This document shows positions 39,495 to 53,897 of a stretch of DNA of 63,811 bases, one piece after another. Each line of letters starts with the position of its first letter. Position 1 is the stretch's first letter. The translations under genes and the position numbers were made by a program. This DNA comes from Octopus bimaculoides (Eukaryota): the NCBI RefSeq assembly GCF_001194135.2, contig NC_068981.1, positions 145,022,957-145,086,767 on the forward strand, given 5' to 3'. Under the pieces are notes generated by a model. It had not been told where the DNA came from and ran no database searches. It saw only the letters and a list, made by a program, of their open reading frames with translations.

Positions 39495-42060
39495 GACTGA
39501 TTAAAAGTTCTATTTATTTATTTATGCAGCTGAGGATAGCCCTGCATTTAAATTGATGTAATGATTGCATTCTTCAATTAAATGGAGCCGCTTGAAACGG
39601 TCGTACTGCATCACCTCTTGATATCCTGCTGCTTACTTTCATATATATGTGTTTGTGTGTGTATGAGTATGTGTGTATGTATGCATTTATATACATATAT
39701 GTATGTAGTTATGTATGTATGAATGTATTCATGCATATATATACGTATATATGTGTGCGTGACATTTACTTTAGAATCTGTTTCAGTAGATAACAATGTT
39801 TAAACAACAGACAGTTGGCTGTGAAGTATTGCTACACCGTTACAATAAAGGTGTAACTAATTAATTTCTTTCATTTATTTTGTGGCTTTAAATCCCGTTA
39901 AAGTCAAAATTGTGTAAATAAAATAATCTTAATAATTATATGGAAGCCGATCTCTTTACAAAGATTTTTTCCTTTCAAATTAGCAATTTCCTGCTTAAGT
40001 CAAAAGATTATATTTACACATAAGCAGGAGTGGTGCAGATGAAATATATGATTTTGTTAATCAGATTCAGTGGTTCAGGATCACATTTTAGCTATAGGCT
40101 ATTTTATGCGATATTTTTTATGTGGAATCTGTATTTTAGTTAACTGAAGCATGCATTATCTATTTTTTCTTGATGTTTTATACGCAGCATGGATACAAAC
40201 CCATGTTTTTCAATAAGAGTCAAAACAATAGAATATTTTCTGATGAACTTTAAGGAACCGTGAAAAGCTGGGATCGTGATTTTTATAACTTTCACTTGGA
40301 ACCTTCCAACATGAAATTTATAAAAATAAAATATCTGCAAAACATTGAATGAGACGACAAAGCCAAAAGATTAAAGGAGAATGCAAAGCTAAAAGAAAGT
40401 GGGTTAAAAAAAGATCGATCCAATGCGATGGTCGGGGGACATGCTCGAGAGTCAGGCGGAATACCTTGCGTTATCTATTCTGGTTGTTTGCGTTTTGACT
40501 GACAACAAACTGGTGCCAAGCTGTATCGGTCCATGTCGGCAGCCTTTCCTTTAGAGAAACACGATCGGCGTAAAGACGGAAAGCCCTCATGCATAAGTAA
40601 CAGCCAATTTTTCTCGAACAATATTGCCCAATCCTACTCATTAATTCACAGATTCACAGTTGACATTGATCGAGGGAAGCCACTACATTACAAAGTTTTC
40701 AATATGAAGGAAATTTATAACAACTAAATGAGCAATGTCGTAAGCAAGTATAAAACGAATTAATATATGTTGTAACGCTTTTGTACTTGATTTTTCTACT
40801 TATATTCTGGAAGGCGTTATGTCTACAGCCTTTAAACAACTGACGAATCAAATGATATAGATACGGTTTATGTTCTTGAGCTACTGCGAGGCTACAGCTA
40901 CAAGAATAACATGAGCAGGTTGGGAGTTCCAGAGCGCTTTTATTCTTGGGAGGAGGGACTGGGTTAAATGTTTAGTCCGGATCATGGAGTGGTGGTGGAC
41001 ACAATTTATTATTTAAACCAAGATCATCCTTATTCTAGCTGAGGCTGCACCAGATTATTTTCAACCATAGCATACCTAATAATACATTAACTAATGAATC
41101 CTTCCTCATTTAAGAGAGTGATGTATGATTTGAGGATGATTTGGCAGTCATCTTTAGCAGTCGACAGATCAGGTAGAAGTATATGTCGCAATTCCAAGTG
41201 ATAAAATGAGTTGTCTTCGAATCAACATTGTGTAGAAACTTTTGAACAGGAATCATCTAAAATTCCTAAGCACTGGTTAGATAGCAACAGACTGGTTATT
41301 TCTAAACTTTTATCGATTGTGTATCGAATTCATGCATTATTCTTGTTAGGAAAGTAATTTGTTTAATGTAACTATAGCAATATAAATTACACTTTCTTAA
41401 CAGAATGATATTTCAGAAGAATTTGAATGATGGAAATATACGTCTCTCTTACGAATGATATATTACATTAGATCTGTATTTGATTAAATGGAACAGGAAT
41501 TACAGAGAGATTTTCGGGAGAATCTTAGAGACTTTTTGTTGGGTTGTTGTTGTTATTGTTTAGTCTCAGGTGAGTCTTAACTGAGTAGAACTATGATCAA
41601 AGGCCATGACCATTGCTTCATGGTTTTCTATATTAAGTCTCTAGCACTATATCATCTAATGCACCCCTTCTTTTTCAAAACAGGAAGGGGGAATTTCAGG
41701 AAATTTTTATTGTTATTTCTAGCAAGTCAAGCGACCATATGGATTTCAAATGAATTGCAGTCGTTTCCGACAATGAGTTTTCAGTAATTTGATCGGCTGA
41801 ATTACCTGATCGTTGAATTATATGTAAGTGATTGAGAATTCTGTAGATACGTGTAGTACCCTTGATATATTCCTGTGCATAATTCTATTTGGTAGTCTTA
41901 TGCACAGTTTCCGTGTACGAAACTTCAATCGCAAGGCTATTTTAAAAGACATTGACCTACAATGTCATGCAATGGGATCGAAATTGCGAATCGAATTTAA
42001 CAATCGGTCTATGTAATTCAACATATATAAGATGTAAAAGAGACGTGCATTAGATACTGT

Positions 42061-42481
42061 ATTCTTTTCTACTCAAGGCACAAGGTCCGAAATTTTGGGA
42101 GATGGGGGGGGGGCAGTCGATTAGATCGGCCCCAGTATGCAACTGGTATTTAATTTATCGATCCCGAAAGGATGAAAGGCAAAGTTGACCTCAGCGGAAT
42201 TTGAACTCAGAACATTTCGCTAAACATTTCGCCCGGCGTGCTAACGTTTCTGATTTCTTTATTGCCCACGAAGGGCTAAACATAGAGGGGACAAACAAGG
42301 ACAGACAAAGGGATTAAGTCGATTACATCGACCCCAGTGCGTTGGTACTTAATTTATGGACCCCGAAAGGATGAAAGGGAAAGTCGACCTCGGCGGAATT
42401 TGAACTCAGAACGTAACTGCAGACGAAATGCCGCTAAGCATTTCGCCCGACGTGCTAACGTTTCTGCCAGCTCGCCGCCTT
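42061..42481 (-). mobile_element. Dimeric/chimeric SINE family A insertion (full variant-1 copy plus headless variant-2 copy)
   Basis: Two tandem copies bracketed by one 13-bp TSD cattagatactgt (42048-42060, 42482-42494). Confidence 0.88.
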
Positions 42482-42669
42482 CATTAGATACTGTTTTAGC
42501 GTGTTGGGTAATTTATTTGAGTAAATCAGCGTAGTAATATACTAGATAACGTATAAGTATAAGTATAAGAATTTTACAGTGTATTAATATAGGGAGTATA
42601 ATATATGGAGTGATTTCTTTATTATGATAATAAATATCTTTTACAAAGAAGGACAATACAAGACGTTAC

Positions 42670-44900
42670 AAATATATAGATGAGCTAAGTGAGTTTATAA
42701 TTCTGCAAGCGAATTCCACAGCTGACCACCATCCAGGTAGAGCCAGAGATGCCTTAGCCTCTGTGCATGTCTGCTCATCAATAGCCACGGCATCGCTAAC
42801 CCACCCTTTAGCGGTTTTTGACAGCATACGGAGCGCCTCACAAGCGGTTTTCCCTTCCACAAAAAGCGGAAGAGAAGTCGCACCAACTTGCATAGCTACG
42901 AATCAGGGTAAGGGACAACGGTCAGATGGTAGGTGGTAACAGACGCAATAAACGCCTGCACCACCTCCACCCTTCCTTTCAGGGACAGCGCCCTTCCGGA
43001 CCAGGTTCGGACTAGGGCCTCCACTCTGCCTGCCACCTCACTCCAATTCTTCTCCGTCTGGGAGTTTGGACCAAACCAAACTATCCGTCCAGTGTCCCAC
43101 GACACTGGAAGTTATAGGTGCCGAGCTGCAAACCGATGGACTTGTCCTTGCTAACTTTTGCCCCTGCCACCGCCTTGTATCCTTTGATTGCGTCCTCTAC
43201 ACAAGGTAGCTGAACTACATTGGACACGGTGATGGTGACGTCATCCACATATGCAGAAACAGACTTACCACATCCGATTTCATTGGGGATGCCCCTCAAA
43301 CTCTCCAACCTCCGCAACAATGGCTCAAGAGTCAGTACATACAGAAGCAGAGATAGGGGGCACCCTTGCCTAACCGAGCGCTTGATCTCAAACGGCTCCG
43401 ACAGGTAACCGTTTATTTGGACTGTGGATTTGATGTCGCCATAAATGGCCTTGATCCAACCGCGGAAGTCGGAGCCTAGCCCAGCCGTCTCAGTGACTGC
43501 CGGCAGGTACTAGTGGTCTACCCTATCGAAAGCTTTACTTTGGTGTAAATGGACCAATTCCCCACCTTTACCGGATACTTTACTTACCATATCTAAGGTG
43601 TAGGGTAAGAGATGAAGAGTGTCCTGGATTGACCTGCCTGGAAAGGTGAATGTCTGCGCCTTCCCTACAAGTTTCTCCACGACATGCATCAACCGTTTTG
43701 CTAACACCTTGGCCAAAATCTTTAACTCAACATTAAGTAGAGTTATGGGCCTAAAGTTACTAATATGATCCTCCTTGCTCGGGTCTTTTCTGATCAACGT
43801 CACCACTCCCCGACTCACAGCTAGGAATTCTCCCATTCTGCTGCCAGTTCCTGTAGACGCAGGCCAGCAAGTATCCGAACAAGTCCGGCATACTACGATA
43901 AAATTCATAGGGCAGACCATCCAGCCCCGGCGACCTGTCCCCGGCGCATTCAGCCAACACCTCGTCGACCTCCGCAGCGGTAATCGGCCCTTCACAACAT
44001 TCCGCCTCCCACGCCGAGAGTCACGGCTCACCGGTGAGGAAGTCCTTTAGGACTCCCCACGGTCCAGCGAATCGCTCGTCCCAAACAACCGGGTGAAATG
44101 CTGGTGAAAAGCCTTTTGCATTCCTCCTGTCCTTTAATCGTACGCCCTTGCTCGTCAATAAAAGACTTTATAGAGGTTTCTCTGCCTCTCTGACTCTCCA
44201 TATGACATGCCCATCCGGCAACGTTAATACCTTCTCTACCCATAGCACCTAACTTAGCCCTGACTCTACATCCTTCGTGTTTTGCTTTGAGATGACAGAA
44301 TAACACCGCTCTCGCCGCTATCACTCTGGAGGAAGAGCCAGATTCCATGGTCTCCTATAATTCCTTAATTAGGTTCCCTTCTATTCTAGTCTTCTCTAAA
44401 AATAGCTGCTTACTAAATCTAAGAGACTCAGAAGGAATGGCTCGCTTGAGGGCGCACCACCATCTATTATTAATGATGGCGCCGCATAATGCCCTCTGCA
44501 CTAATTCCTTAACCTGGGCACGGAAGACTTTACAAGTCAAAATAGACTTGTTCATGTTCCAATACGTTGGTCCCTGTCTATGACACTTAACTAGGTACAC
44601 CTCACACGTCACAAATTTGTGATCCGTGTAAGGGACACAACAAAAGCGTGGACAACTAAACGTATTCCTACAATTTAAGTATAGGGAGGGGCTGCACGAA
44701 TTCACCAACCTCCCCTTCCTTTTTTTTCTGAGGTGTAGCCGCTGGGCTAAGCACAAGTCTTTTGTTGGCCATCTCTTGGCTAACATCTTGTATGTCCTGC
44801 GGGTATCTCTCTTTAGATTGTTTGAATAGTTCTGTTTCTATCCTTGCCAACCGTATATTCAGTGGCATACCTTGTATCGGGGCTATAGTAAGAGACACTG
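42670..44900 (-). mobile_element. L1/Tx1-clade LINE ORF2 relic (end of APE endonuclease through RT), frameshifted and truncated
   Basis: YTDHKFV..GPTYWNMNKSIL; PGLDGLPYEFY; NFRPITLLNVELKILAKVLAKRL; QSKAFDRVDH; SVRQGCPLS; AYVDDVT; LSLKGRVEVV; KGGLAMP. Confidence 0.95.
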
Positions 44901-47721
44901 AAGGTGTCGCACAGTCTGAGTGAATTTGAAACTACGTCGTTGTAAAGCGGACTCCTCAACTATATAGCCATGCTCTCGCCTAAGTTAATTTTTCTTTTTG
45001 ACTCGACAAATAACTTCCTATGTAGCAGGAGAAATGAATGGGATCTCATTCGAAAATATGATTAAATGACATTTCCGCCGACATTTCTGACTGACTATGA
45101 AGTTTGTTTTTCAATCTTGAACTTTCGGGTTTGTGCCTCTGCTTAAATTTGCTGTGTCTTCAACTATAGCCTCTCGTCAACTCAAGCCTTAGGAGTAAAC
45201 TTAGGTAAATCGAAACTGTATAGAAGCTAGCCTGATGGTTTGTGTTTTTCTTGGGTGGCTGGCCTCTTACCTTACCTCAATATCTTAATACACTGCATCC
45301 TTAAGTAAGCAACCAGCCAACCATAGTCATCACTTAAAAGTGAATATGACTTGGTAGTATGCTTTTGCTAATTGGTTTAGGTGCATGTGTACTTGCGAAC
45401 AGACATTGACAAACTCTCCGCCCTCCCACACCTTGAACTTGTCGAAGATCAAGGATGTAACAGCTGCGGGGAGAAATAGCAGTACCAGCACTTGCTTGGT
45501 AATCCTTTTAGCCGAGCAACCTGAAGCCATATGAAACGAAATGCCTTGCTCAAAGAATCCTGGATTCGAACCCATGACGTAATAATCTCATCATATAACG
45601 CTCTTTATCTCTAAGGCTTTTCATAAATAAATCGAAGTTTTCCTCTCATTTTTCCATCTGTTTTGAACACTCTCAAAAGTGCATGGGCATTGAATTCTCT
45701 CCTCGGACATTTTTAAACGGAAAATTGAAACCCATCTACATATTCATTCCAACAAGATTTTATGCCACAGTTTTCAAAAATATTGAATTACAAACTTTAT
45801 AATAAATTACATTTATTAAGTAGCAAAGTTTGTTTACTTTATGTGCTCCACTCAGAGAAAGTCTTGCTTTCTTTCTTTGGAACATTGAAAGTATGAACAG
45901 ATTTAAACAGCTGAAATAACTACTAGTAAGTACCTCGATTTTCAAAAGGATTAATAGATTATCTTCTTGTTCATATATTTAATGCGACTGAATCGAGGCT
46001 ACAAATTTAATTTTGAAGTCGTCGATTGAATTAGCAGAGACGGCTCTGCAAGACGGTTCTTGCTACGGTTTTAGTATGAAGTTATATCAAAAGTTATAAA
46101 TATTCAATAGTTTGGTATAAAGTATGCTTGCATTACTCTATTGTCCAAATACAACACATAAGAACTAGTTTAGTCTGCTTCGTGTGAACTGTCCACCGTT
46201 ATACTTCCTGGCTCTTTCTCATCTTTTCCCCACCTCTACAAAACCATAATACATATCGACTAGACACATTCGCTTCTCCTACTCTGTTTTTATTCTCGGA
46301 CAAACTATTAAATTATCTATGTATCAAAATGTAGAATACGAGTGGGGAATAATTCCTTTCAAATTGGAAAGTCACTTTATTTAATGTAATATCCTAGCGT
46401 TATTATCATAAGTTTTGAAATAATGATTGCTTGTTCGAATCCAGTCTGATATCATTGTGGCTAGGAATAAGATGCCTTGTGACGACAGAAGCTGAAACTG
46501 ACTCAAACGTACAGTATATTTTTTCTAAATTCACATTTCTAAATTTTGAGTAGATAAGAGAAGAAAATAAATATCGTATTAAATATCGAAACTATTTTAC
46601 TTTAACACTAACTCAGACAAAATAACGTTGAACTAATAGAAACAGTAGAGCGCCATACTTCAGGTCCTAAGATAGTTACTTCCCTTTATATTTTTATGTT
46701 CAAATTTCGGCTTCACCTTTCATTCAATCGAGTTTGATCAAATATGAACCAGTTAAATACTTCGGTCGGTTACAGCGACTGCAATTAGTTAATAAAATAT
46801 GTACCCCTGTACTTAAACCAAAAATGAGAATTATTGCAATCAAATATATTTAGTGCATCTGCACACCTTGTTGCATTACGGTTCATATAGTTGATATAGT
46901 TCCTAAAAATTCTTCTGAGTTATTTCATAGAGAAATAAGTTTGACAATCATCTGTTCTTTTGACATGAAACATTTAAACATGAATGTTTCCAGTAATACA
47001 TTAGCTAGAAACCAATTAATACTTCTTTCTTCTTTTTTTTTTTTGCATCTTTATTAAATACGTCAGCAAAGTTGCGTATTTAGCCGAGATTCCACCCATG
47101 CAAAACACAATAAAAGGAAAACCACGTATCTGTATCTTCCAATACTTTTAATGATAAAACATCTAAATTCTTCGACTTTTATTCTAGTTAAAAGTTCACT
47201 GTCCGTGTATACACATACTAAGTGAATTTTGTTTTGCCTCCCGTAAAAGTACCGCAAACCAGTAACTTTACGATTAAATAAATGAAAAGAAACATCTGCA
47301 GTTATAAAACTCGTACAGGAGCAGCAATGCCTGTAGACATAGTCAAAGCAATGGAATAGTAAATGCATTTACATTGTTATATATTAAGAAGTTGATACAT
47401 TTGCTAATTCCTGTTACTTATTAGTTACGATTACTTTTAAAAGAAGTAGTTGTTTATACTTATACATTTTATTGCATAAACACTGTAGATTTCAATAAAA
47501 CATTCACATGGCTAAATGGTTTTCCTCTTCTGCCAGGTATATGTGTTATTTAATAAATTGTTTTGAAACATTACTTCCTTCTCTTTATAACATTTTGTAT
47601 ACACACTGCTGTTGTTGTGCATCTTACGTTTTCTTAAGTGCAGACTTTTCGAGATTCTCTTTCCAGTTTAGACTATCCTTGAACACATTGTGAGTTGCAA
47701 TGTGCTAATATGTTATTTAAA

Positions 47722-47950
47722 GGGTGGCGAGCTGGCAGAAACGTTAACACGCCGGGCGAAATGCTTAGCGTTATTTCGTCTGTCGCTACGTTCTGAGTTC
47801 AAATTCCACCGAGGTCGACTTTGCCTTTCATCCTTTCGGGGTCGATTAAATAAGTACCAATTACGCACTGGTATCGATGTAATCGACTTAATCCCTTTGT
47901 CTGTCCTTGTTTGATCCCTCTACGTTTAGCTCCCTGTAGACAATGAAGAA
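47722..47950 (+). mobile_element. SINE family A, full length, tail variant 1
   Basis: Head gggtggcgagctggcagaaacg; central gcctttcatcctttcggggtcga; possible short TSD tatgtta. Confidence 0.93.
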
Positions 47951-48569
47951 TAGTATGTTACGTTATTTCACCATTGTAACAATTATGACAAATCAGAGTA
48001 AACACATTGTTTTATCTCTCAAAACAACATAATTTTACCATTCTTATTCTTCCACCAATAGATTCTATGTTTCTGTATATCATCTTTTCTGATCTTTTCG
48101 ACATTATGTCAGAAGTGAACCAAAGATTAAATGCTTAGACTTTGGCATTTGGTGAAGAAATATTGTTGTTTACAGTGTTTCAATAGACCAGTCACAGGTT
48201 TAGTGCATTTCTGCCAGCGAGACTAACAATAGGTTGTTTACACAACTCTATGCCGGAATAAATGACACAAAAATTTGTATTCAAAATCTCTGGTTTTTCG
48301 GTTTTCAACTAACGTTTATAACTTACACCGTTATACATCGGTAGTATGTGTGGGTGGGGGCTTCCATAAAAGTTATTTTCAAGAAATTCCACTTACAAGG
48401 TACCCGTCAACTCAGAACTTTCTGAAATGAACTTCCATTATGCAGCTGAGGAGTACATTTTCATTGCACATCTTATGTGGTGTTCTCACTACATAAATAA
48501 CTGAAATTCGTATGTGTGTATACATATATACATATACACATATGTGTCTGTATATATATATCGTTTCGC

Positions 48570-48897
48570 TCCGATCAACGTGAAATTGATGTGCAAATGA
48601 CTGAGCATTGCATAGAGACGTGTACCCCTTAAGGTAGTTCTCGGGAAGATTCAGCGTGACACAGAGAATGATAAGACTGACCCTTCGAATACAGGTACAA
48701 TAGAAACAGGAAGAAAGACTGAGAGAAATTGTGGTGAAAGAATGCAACAGGGTTCGCCACCATCGCCTGCCAGAGCATCTTGGAGAATTAGGTGTTGTCG
48801 CTTAATAAACACTCACAACTCCTCGTCTGAGAATCGAAACAGCAACCGTATGACCGTGAGTCTCCTACACTAACCACTGGGCCATTACGCCTCCACA
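48570..48897 (-). mobile_element. SINE family B, more diverged, 3'-truncated
   Basis: Aligns with 30826-31190 and 57516-57897. Confidence 0.88.
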
Positions 48898-49174
48898 TAC
48901 ATACATGTGAGGAATTTTCGTCCAAACATGTGACTAGCTGTTTGTACGCGCCATTAAAAAAAGATCTGAAAAGCATTTTTCATTCCCGCTAGCCACTGCT
49001 GGAGCGAATTTTGGTCTCCTACGGATATTTACTTATTGTGTTTTCGTGATAGTGTATCCACAAAATATGTTATCTCAACCGGTCCATCAACAGCCTATAT
49101 AATCTAAGTATGAATCATAGATGACATTTTTTTATTGAATGTTACTCCAATTCCGTACAGCGAATATCTATCTA

Positions 49175-49209
<35 letters not shown>

Positions 49210-49600
49210 NNNNNNNNNNNNNNNNNNNNNNNNNNNNNNNNNNNNNNNNNNNNNNNNNNNNNNNNNNNNNNNNNNNNNNNNNNNNNNNNNNNNNNNNNNN
49301 NNNNNNNNNNNNNNNNNNNNNNNNNNNNNNNNNNNNNNNNNNNNNNNNNNNNNNNNNNNNNNNNNNNNNNNNNNNNNNNNNNNNNNNNNNNNNNNNNNNN
49401 NNNNNNNNNNNNNNNNNNNNNNNNNNNNNNNNNNNNNNNNNNNNNNNNNNNNNNNNNNNNNNNNNNNNNNNNNNNNNNNNNNNNNNNNNNNNNNNNNNNN
49501 NNNNNNNNNNNNNTATATATATGTAAGTATGTATATATATATATATTTATACATACATATATATATATATTTATACATATATATATATATATATATATTT

Positions 49601-49676
<76 letters not shown>

Positions 49677-50304
49677 GTGTGTGTATATAAATAAGTATAC
49701 GCGCATGTATGTGGGCGTTGACAAAGCTGCAGTTAGTTTGAAATTTTGCCAAGGATTTTCGAAATGTGGAGAGATAATAAAACAATTTACACAGCTAATT
49801 AATTTAAAATTTTGCAGTTTTGCATTCATTTAAATATAAATGCTAATTAAAACATAAACTTCGAAGATATCTTTTATTTTTAAAAAAATGGGGGTTGGGG
49901 ATGCTGATTTTTCATCGCTTCCTTTTGACGGGATCATAGTTCAGTTATTTTAATAGACAGATACAATCGTTAATCATTATGTGATTTGTTTGCATACATG
50001 TATGTTTGCAAAGATGTTCTTTATCGATAGTAACCAGCACTTGTTTATTTTTTGTGACCCATATATAATAAATATCTTCTCTCTTTTTATAAAATAGAAT
50101 TGATATTTTTACATTAACCCTTTACATGTCCAAACCCTTTTCATAAGTTGGTTCTAAATATCCATACTCGTTTTCAAGGTTTTAGTTATCCTTTGTTTCA
50201 TTCGTTGTGAATAACATAAGGCTTTTTTCCATAAAGTCTCAAGTTATCCAAGTGGATGAAAAATGCGAATTTGTGTCATGTATGCTGCATAGACGCAAGG
50301 GAAA

Positions 50305-50865
50305 TACAGGATACCCACAAAATACCATTACAATTTGAAAAATTCAGAAAAAAATATCTAAAAATAAGAATAACTCAACAGAGTTTATTGGGAAACTTAG
50401 GCGAACAAATAGTTTTATTAGAAACATCAGAATACTTCCATGTGGGCTCCTTTGGCTTCACGCAACACATCTAGGCAATGTGCGCCTCTGATCATGTATA
50501 TTACAGTATCTCATGAGGAATTCTAGATATGGTATGACATACTTTTTTCCTTGAGATCATTCAGGTCTACAACTTTTGTACGATGGACTCCGTCTGTAAT
50601 ATAGCCTCGTAAGGAACCTGGAGGGGTTATATCTGGTAACCTAAGTAGTCAGGGAGTAGGACCGCTTCTTCCAGTCCACCAGCTTGGGAAAGATTCGTTA
50701 AGAAACTCTCGAACATTCCACCCACCAATAGGACGACGCACCGTCTTGTCTTTTTGGAAAATAACTGTTGGCTGCAAGTGGTACAATTGGGGTACATCAA
50801 ATAGTTGTAAAAGATCAAGGTAACTATTGGAAGTAATCATCGTAAAGATAATTTATACCCTGTCT
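50305..50865 (-). mobile_element. Tc1/mariner transposase 3' relic with one terminus
   Basis: SYLDLLQLFDVPQLYHLQPTVIFQ..REFLNESFPSWWTGRSGPTP..PDITP (the FQQDGAP..WIGR..WPPRSPDITP region), C-terminus DVLREAKGAHMEVF*, and end TACAGGATACCCACAAAA at 50305. Confidence 0.85.
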
Positions 50866-51079
50866 TGTTAATAATACCTTAACTTTTTTCAGCTTTCATG
50901 TTTTTATATTTATTCTTTTCAAAACCATCATCTTAAAATTACCGCTTACCCTCGTAATTTTTCACATCTGTCACTAAAATTATTTCCTTCGGAGCCAATT
51001 ATTAGATACATAAATTATTGAAGAAATATACGACCGTTGCTGATATCATCAATCAAAAATAATAAAATAATATCAATCA

Positions 51080-51480
51080 AAAATCTTTCGTAGTCAGCCG
51101 TTTCCACTGGTCTTTGTTCTCTGTGATGAATTTCGCTGGGTTTTGATTAGCCCAGTCCTTGTTGTGAAACCAGAATTTTCTTTGGCTGTCTCTCTTTTGG
51201 CCTCCCTCAACTGCGCCTTGAAGAATGGATTTGGACAGAGAGTTGTAGCGGATACATGGCCGTACCAAGCAAGTTTTCGTCTTCTTACCAGCGCAAGGAG
51301 TGGTTCCTAACTGCCAACGTATTTGTTAACTTGCTGTCTGACAAAACTGTTCGTTTTGTGCTCTGTGTGCGGGATGTGTAGCAGCCTTCTGAAGAACTTT
51401 TGCTCAAATGCACGGATTCTTCGCTCCATGTCAGCGAAATTTGAATACCGTGTACAAATTATACGATTCAATTCGAAATA
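51080..51480 (-). mobile_element. RTE-type LINE 3' fragment
   Basis: ERRIRAFEQKFFRRLLHIPHTEHKTNSFVRQQV..RRRKLAWYGHV..SLSKSILQGAVEGGQKRDSQRKFW..DWA. Confidence 0.88.
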
Positions 51481-51619
51481 CAGACAGGCAGACATGCAAA
51501 CTGACAGAGAAACAGACAAGCAGACATGCAAACTGACAGAGAAACAGACAGGTAGATATGCAAAGTGCCAGAGAAACAGACAAACAGGCAGGTAAGTAGA
51601 CGGACTGACAGGCGGCTAG

Positions 51620-51635
51620 AGAGATAGATAGATAA

Positions 51636-51729
<94 letters not shown>

Positions 51730-51766
51730 GGATGGACGGACGGACGGACGGACGGACAGACGGACG

Positions 51767-51860
<94 letters not shown>
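51620..51860. repeat. (GATA)n-(GGAT)-(GGAC)n-(GACA)n compound microsatellite
   Basis: Direct. Confidence 0.95.
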
Positions 51861-52250
51861 TAGGAACAATATTCCTCATGCTACCACAAATCTATAGTTG
51901 GAAAATCTGGCTTCAGTCTTTGGTGTCAGAACGCAATGAGACGATACTAAACACCTCCAGTCTACTGGTATAGGCATGATAGTATGGAAAACCAATATTT
52001 CTCCATGCCACCAGTGGTGATATAGCTGGCTCACGTAACGCCATAAAGGTTACTAGAAAGTTAAAGGCAAGAGAATGGTGCAGCGATTCCAAATTCTGAA
52101 ATGAAATCTATTGAATCGACCCCAGCAGTTCATTGGAATTGGTTCGTTTTATCGATGACGAAAGGATGAAAGACAGTGAGGACAAATGTGAGATTTGAAC
52201 GAAGGATCGAGATAAATGCATTCGAATGATTCTGCCGTCGATAGATATGT

Positions 52251-52289
<39 letters not shown>

Positions 52290-52408
52290 TGTGTGTGTGC
52301 GCGTGTGTTTATGGTAGCGTTTCACCATGACCGAAGCCGCATAGCTGAAACAAATAGAAGAATAAAAGAATACATGCACGTGTTTATGATAGTGCTCCAA
52401 CATGACCG

Positions 52409-52441
<33 letters not shown>

Positions 52442-53663
52442 ATGTATACCATAATCACACACACATATTCATATAAACATAACCATATAACTATACATGC
52501 ATGAAGAGAGTGCGAGCGATATGTGTGCGTGTCTGTATACAGATTTGTAAAGGATGCGAGTGTCTGATTTTTGTTTGACTATCTCTTTGAATTATAATGC
52601 TGGATGAAAACATTTTGTAAAATGTTTCAAAATAATTTTATTTTAATAACATTTTTTTTTTCGATCGAATGTCAACTTTGCTGGATGTTGTATTATATTA
52701 TATATACAAGAGCTTTAGTTTCATGTTGAAGATTTCTTGCTCATAACGTTTATTAGCAAACATTTAATGTTCGATTTTTCACTCGACTTGGATAGCTTTA
52801 TCTAATCTATTAAGTGATCAGGAACTCAATATTCTTAAAGCTATGGTAGAGAATAGTGTACAAATATTGGAACAGGAAGCTCGTTTCATAAAAGGGCAGG
52901 AAACGTTGAGGTAAATTTGGTTGCAAGAAAGAGCAGGCAAATCTTTCTCAAAGTCAAAGCCTGCAGGTTTAAAAATATGAAAACACATTAGATAATATAG
53001 TTGAAAATACAGTAAGAACATAAGCAATGTTCACGGCTATAACGTCTTTGCTCAATCGGGATTTACTTCAGGTACAAAACAACAAAAAGGACGGGTGTTT
53101 CACGTTGTTTTGTTTGGACATAAAAGTCACCCTGTTAAGAAACAGAAAGTAATTTCCTTGAGGCAAAGTAAGTTATATGGACATTCATATTGAGAATTCC
53201 CAAAGTAAGGGCATGCAATATTTAGCACAATTTCCAACTGTACAGCCAATAGCCAAGGCACTTAGTTACATATAAAAAGAGTAGGACACATGGTTACGGT
53301 AATCTGCATAATTTAAATTAAAATGAGCTACGAGAAATAACTCAGAGTGTTCGCTGAAGACGTTCATTGATGCAGAAACATGTGTCCACCCACAAATGTC
53401 TTCTTATCTCTAGACGGTAAACCTATCCTTTTCCTTAATGATATCACCATTTTGAGAAATCTTGGTTCTTTAGAATATTTCTCCCTCTCACATAGGACTC
53501 GCCTCGATTACTATTGGATAATTAAGACTCATCCTGAGGAGGCGAAGATAGTAGTTCATATTGAATAGCATATGTTATACATACCATCCCAGATGAATAT
53601 ATGAATGTATTTGTTTATATATAAAGTAAAACACTGTTGTCTTTCTTTAATCTCTCTCCTGTC

Positions 53664-53706
53664 AACTTTTCTATGAAGAAGGATCTGTCCGAAACGTTGG
53701 AGTTTT
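53664..53706 (+). ncRNA. Degenerate minimal type-I hammerhead motif
   Basis: a-TGAAGA-A-GGA tctg TCC-GAA-ACGT-T-GGAG; C3 is lost and stem I is wobble-rich. Confidence 0.5.
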
Positions 53707-53814
53707 CATTCTCCTCCGCAAATTCATTGTACAGTTTATGACGATCTTACCTAAATAACACAAGTCTTGCCGATGCAGACCAACAGCAGTCTTACTGGAA
53801 GTTGCTTGATCGCG

Positions 53815-53897
<83 letters not shown>

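Noticed and set aside
47063-47693. ORFs 47063-47368 (-) and 47508-47693 (+) with similar HCC..ADxS text
   Set aside because: Probably an old degenerate inverted repeat (~65% by eye); no protein family recognised.
46470-53390. Hammerhead-like strings at ~46475, ~52310 and 53354-53384
   Set aside because: Core, stem II or cleavage triplet (G at position 17) fail; cannot be separated from chance.
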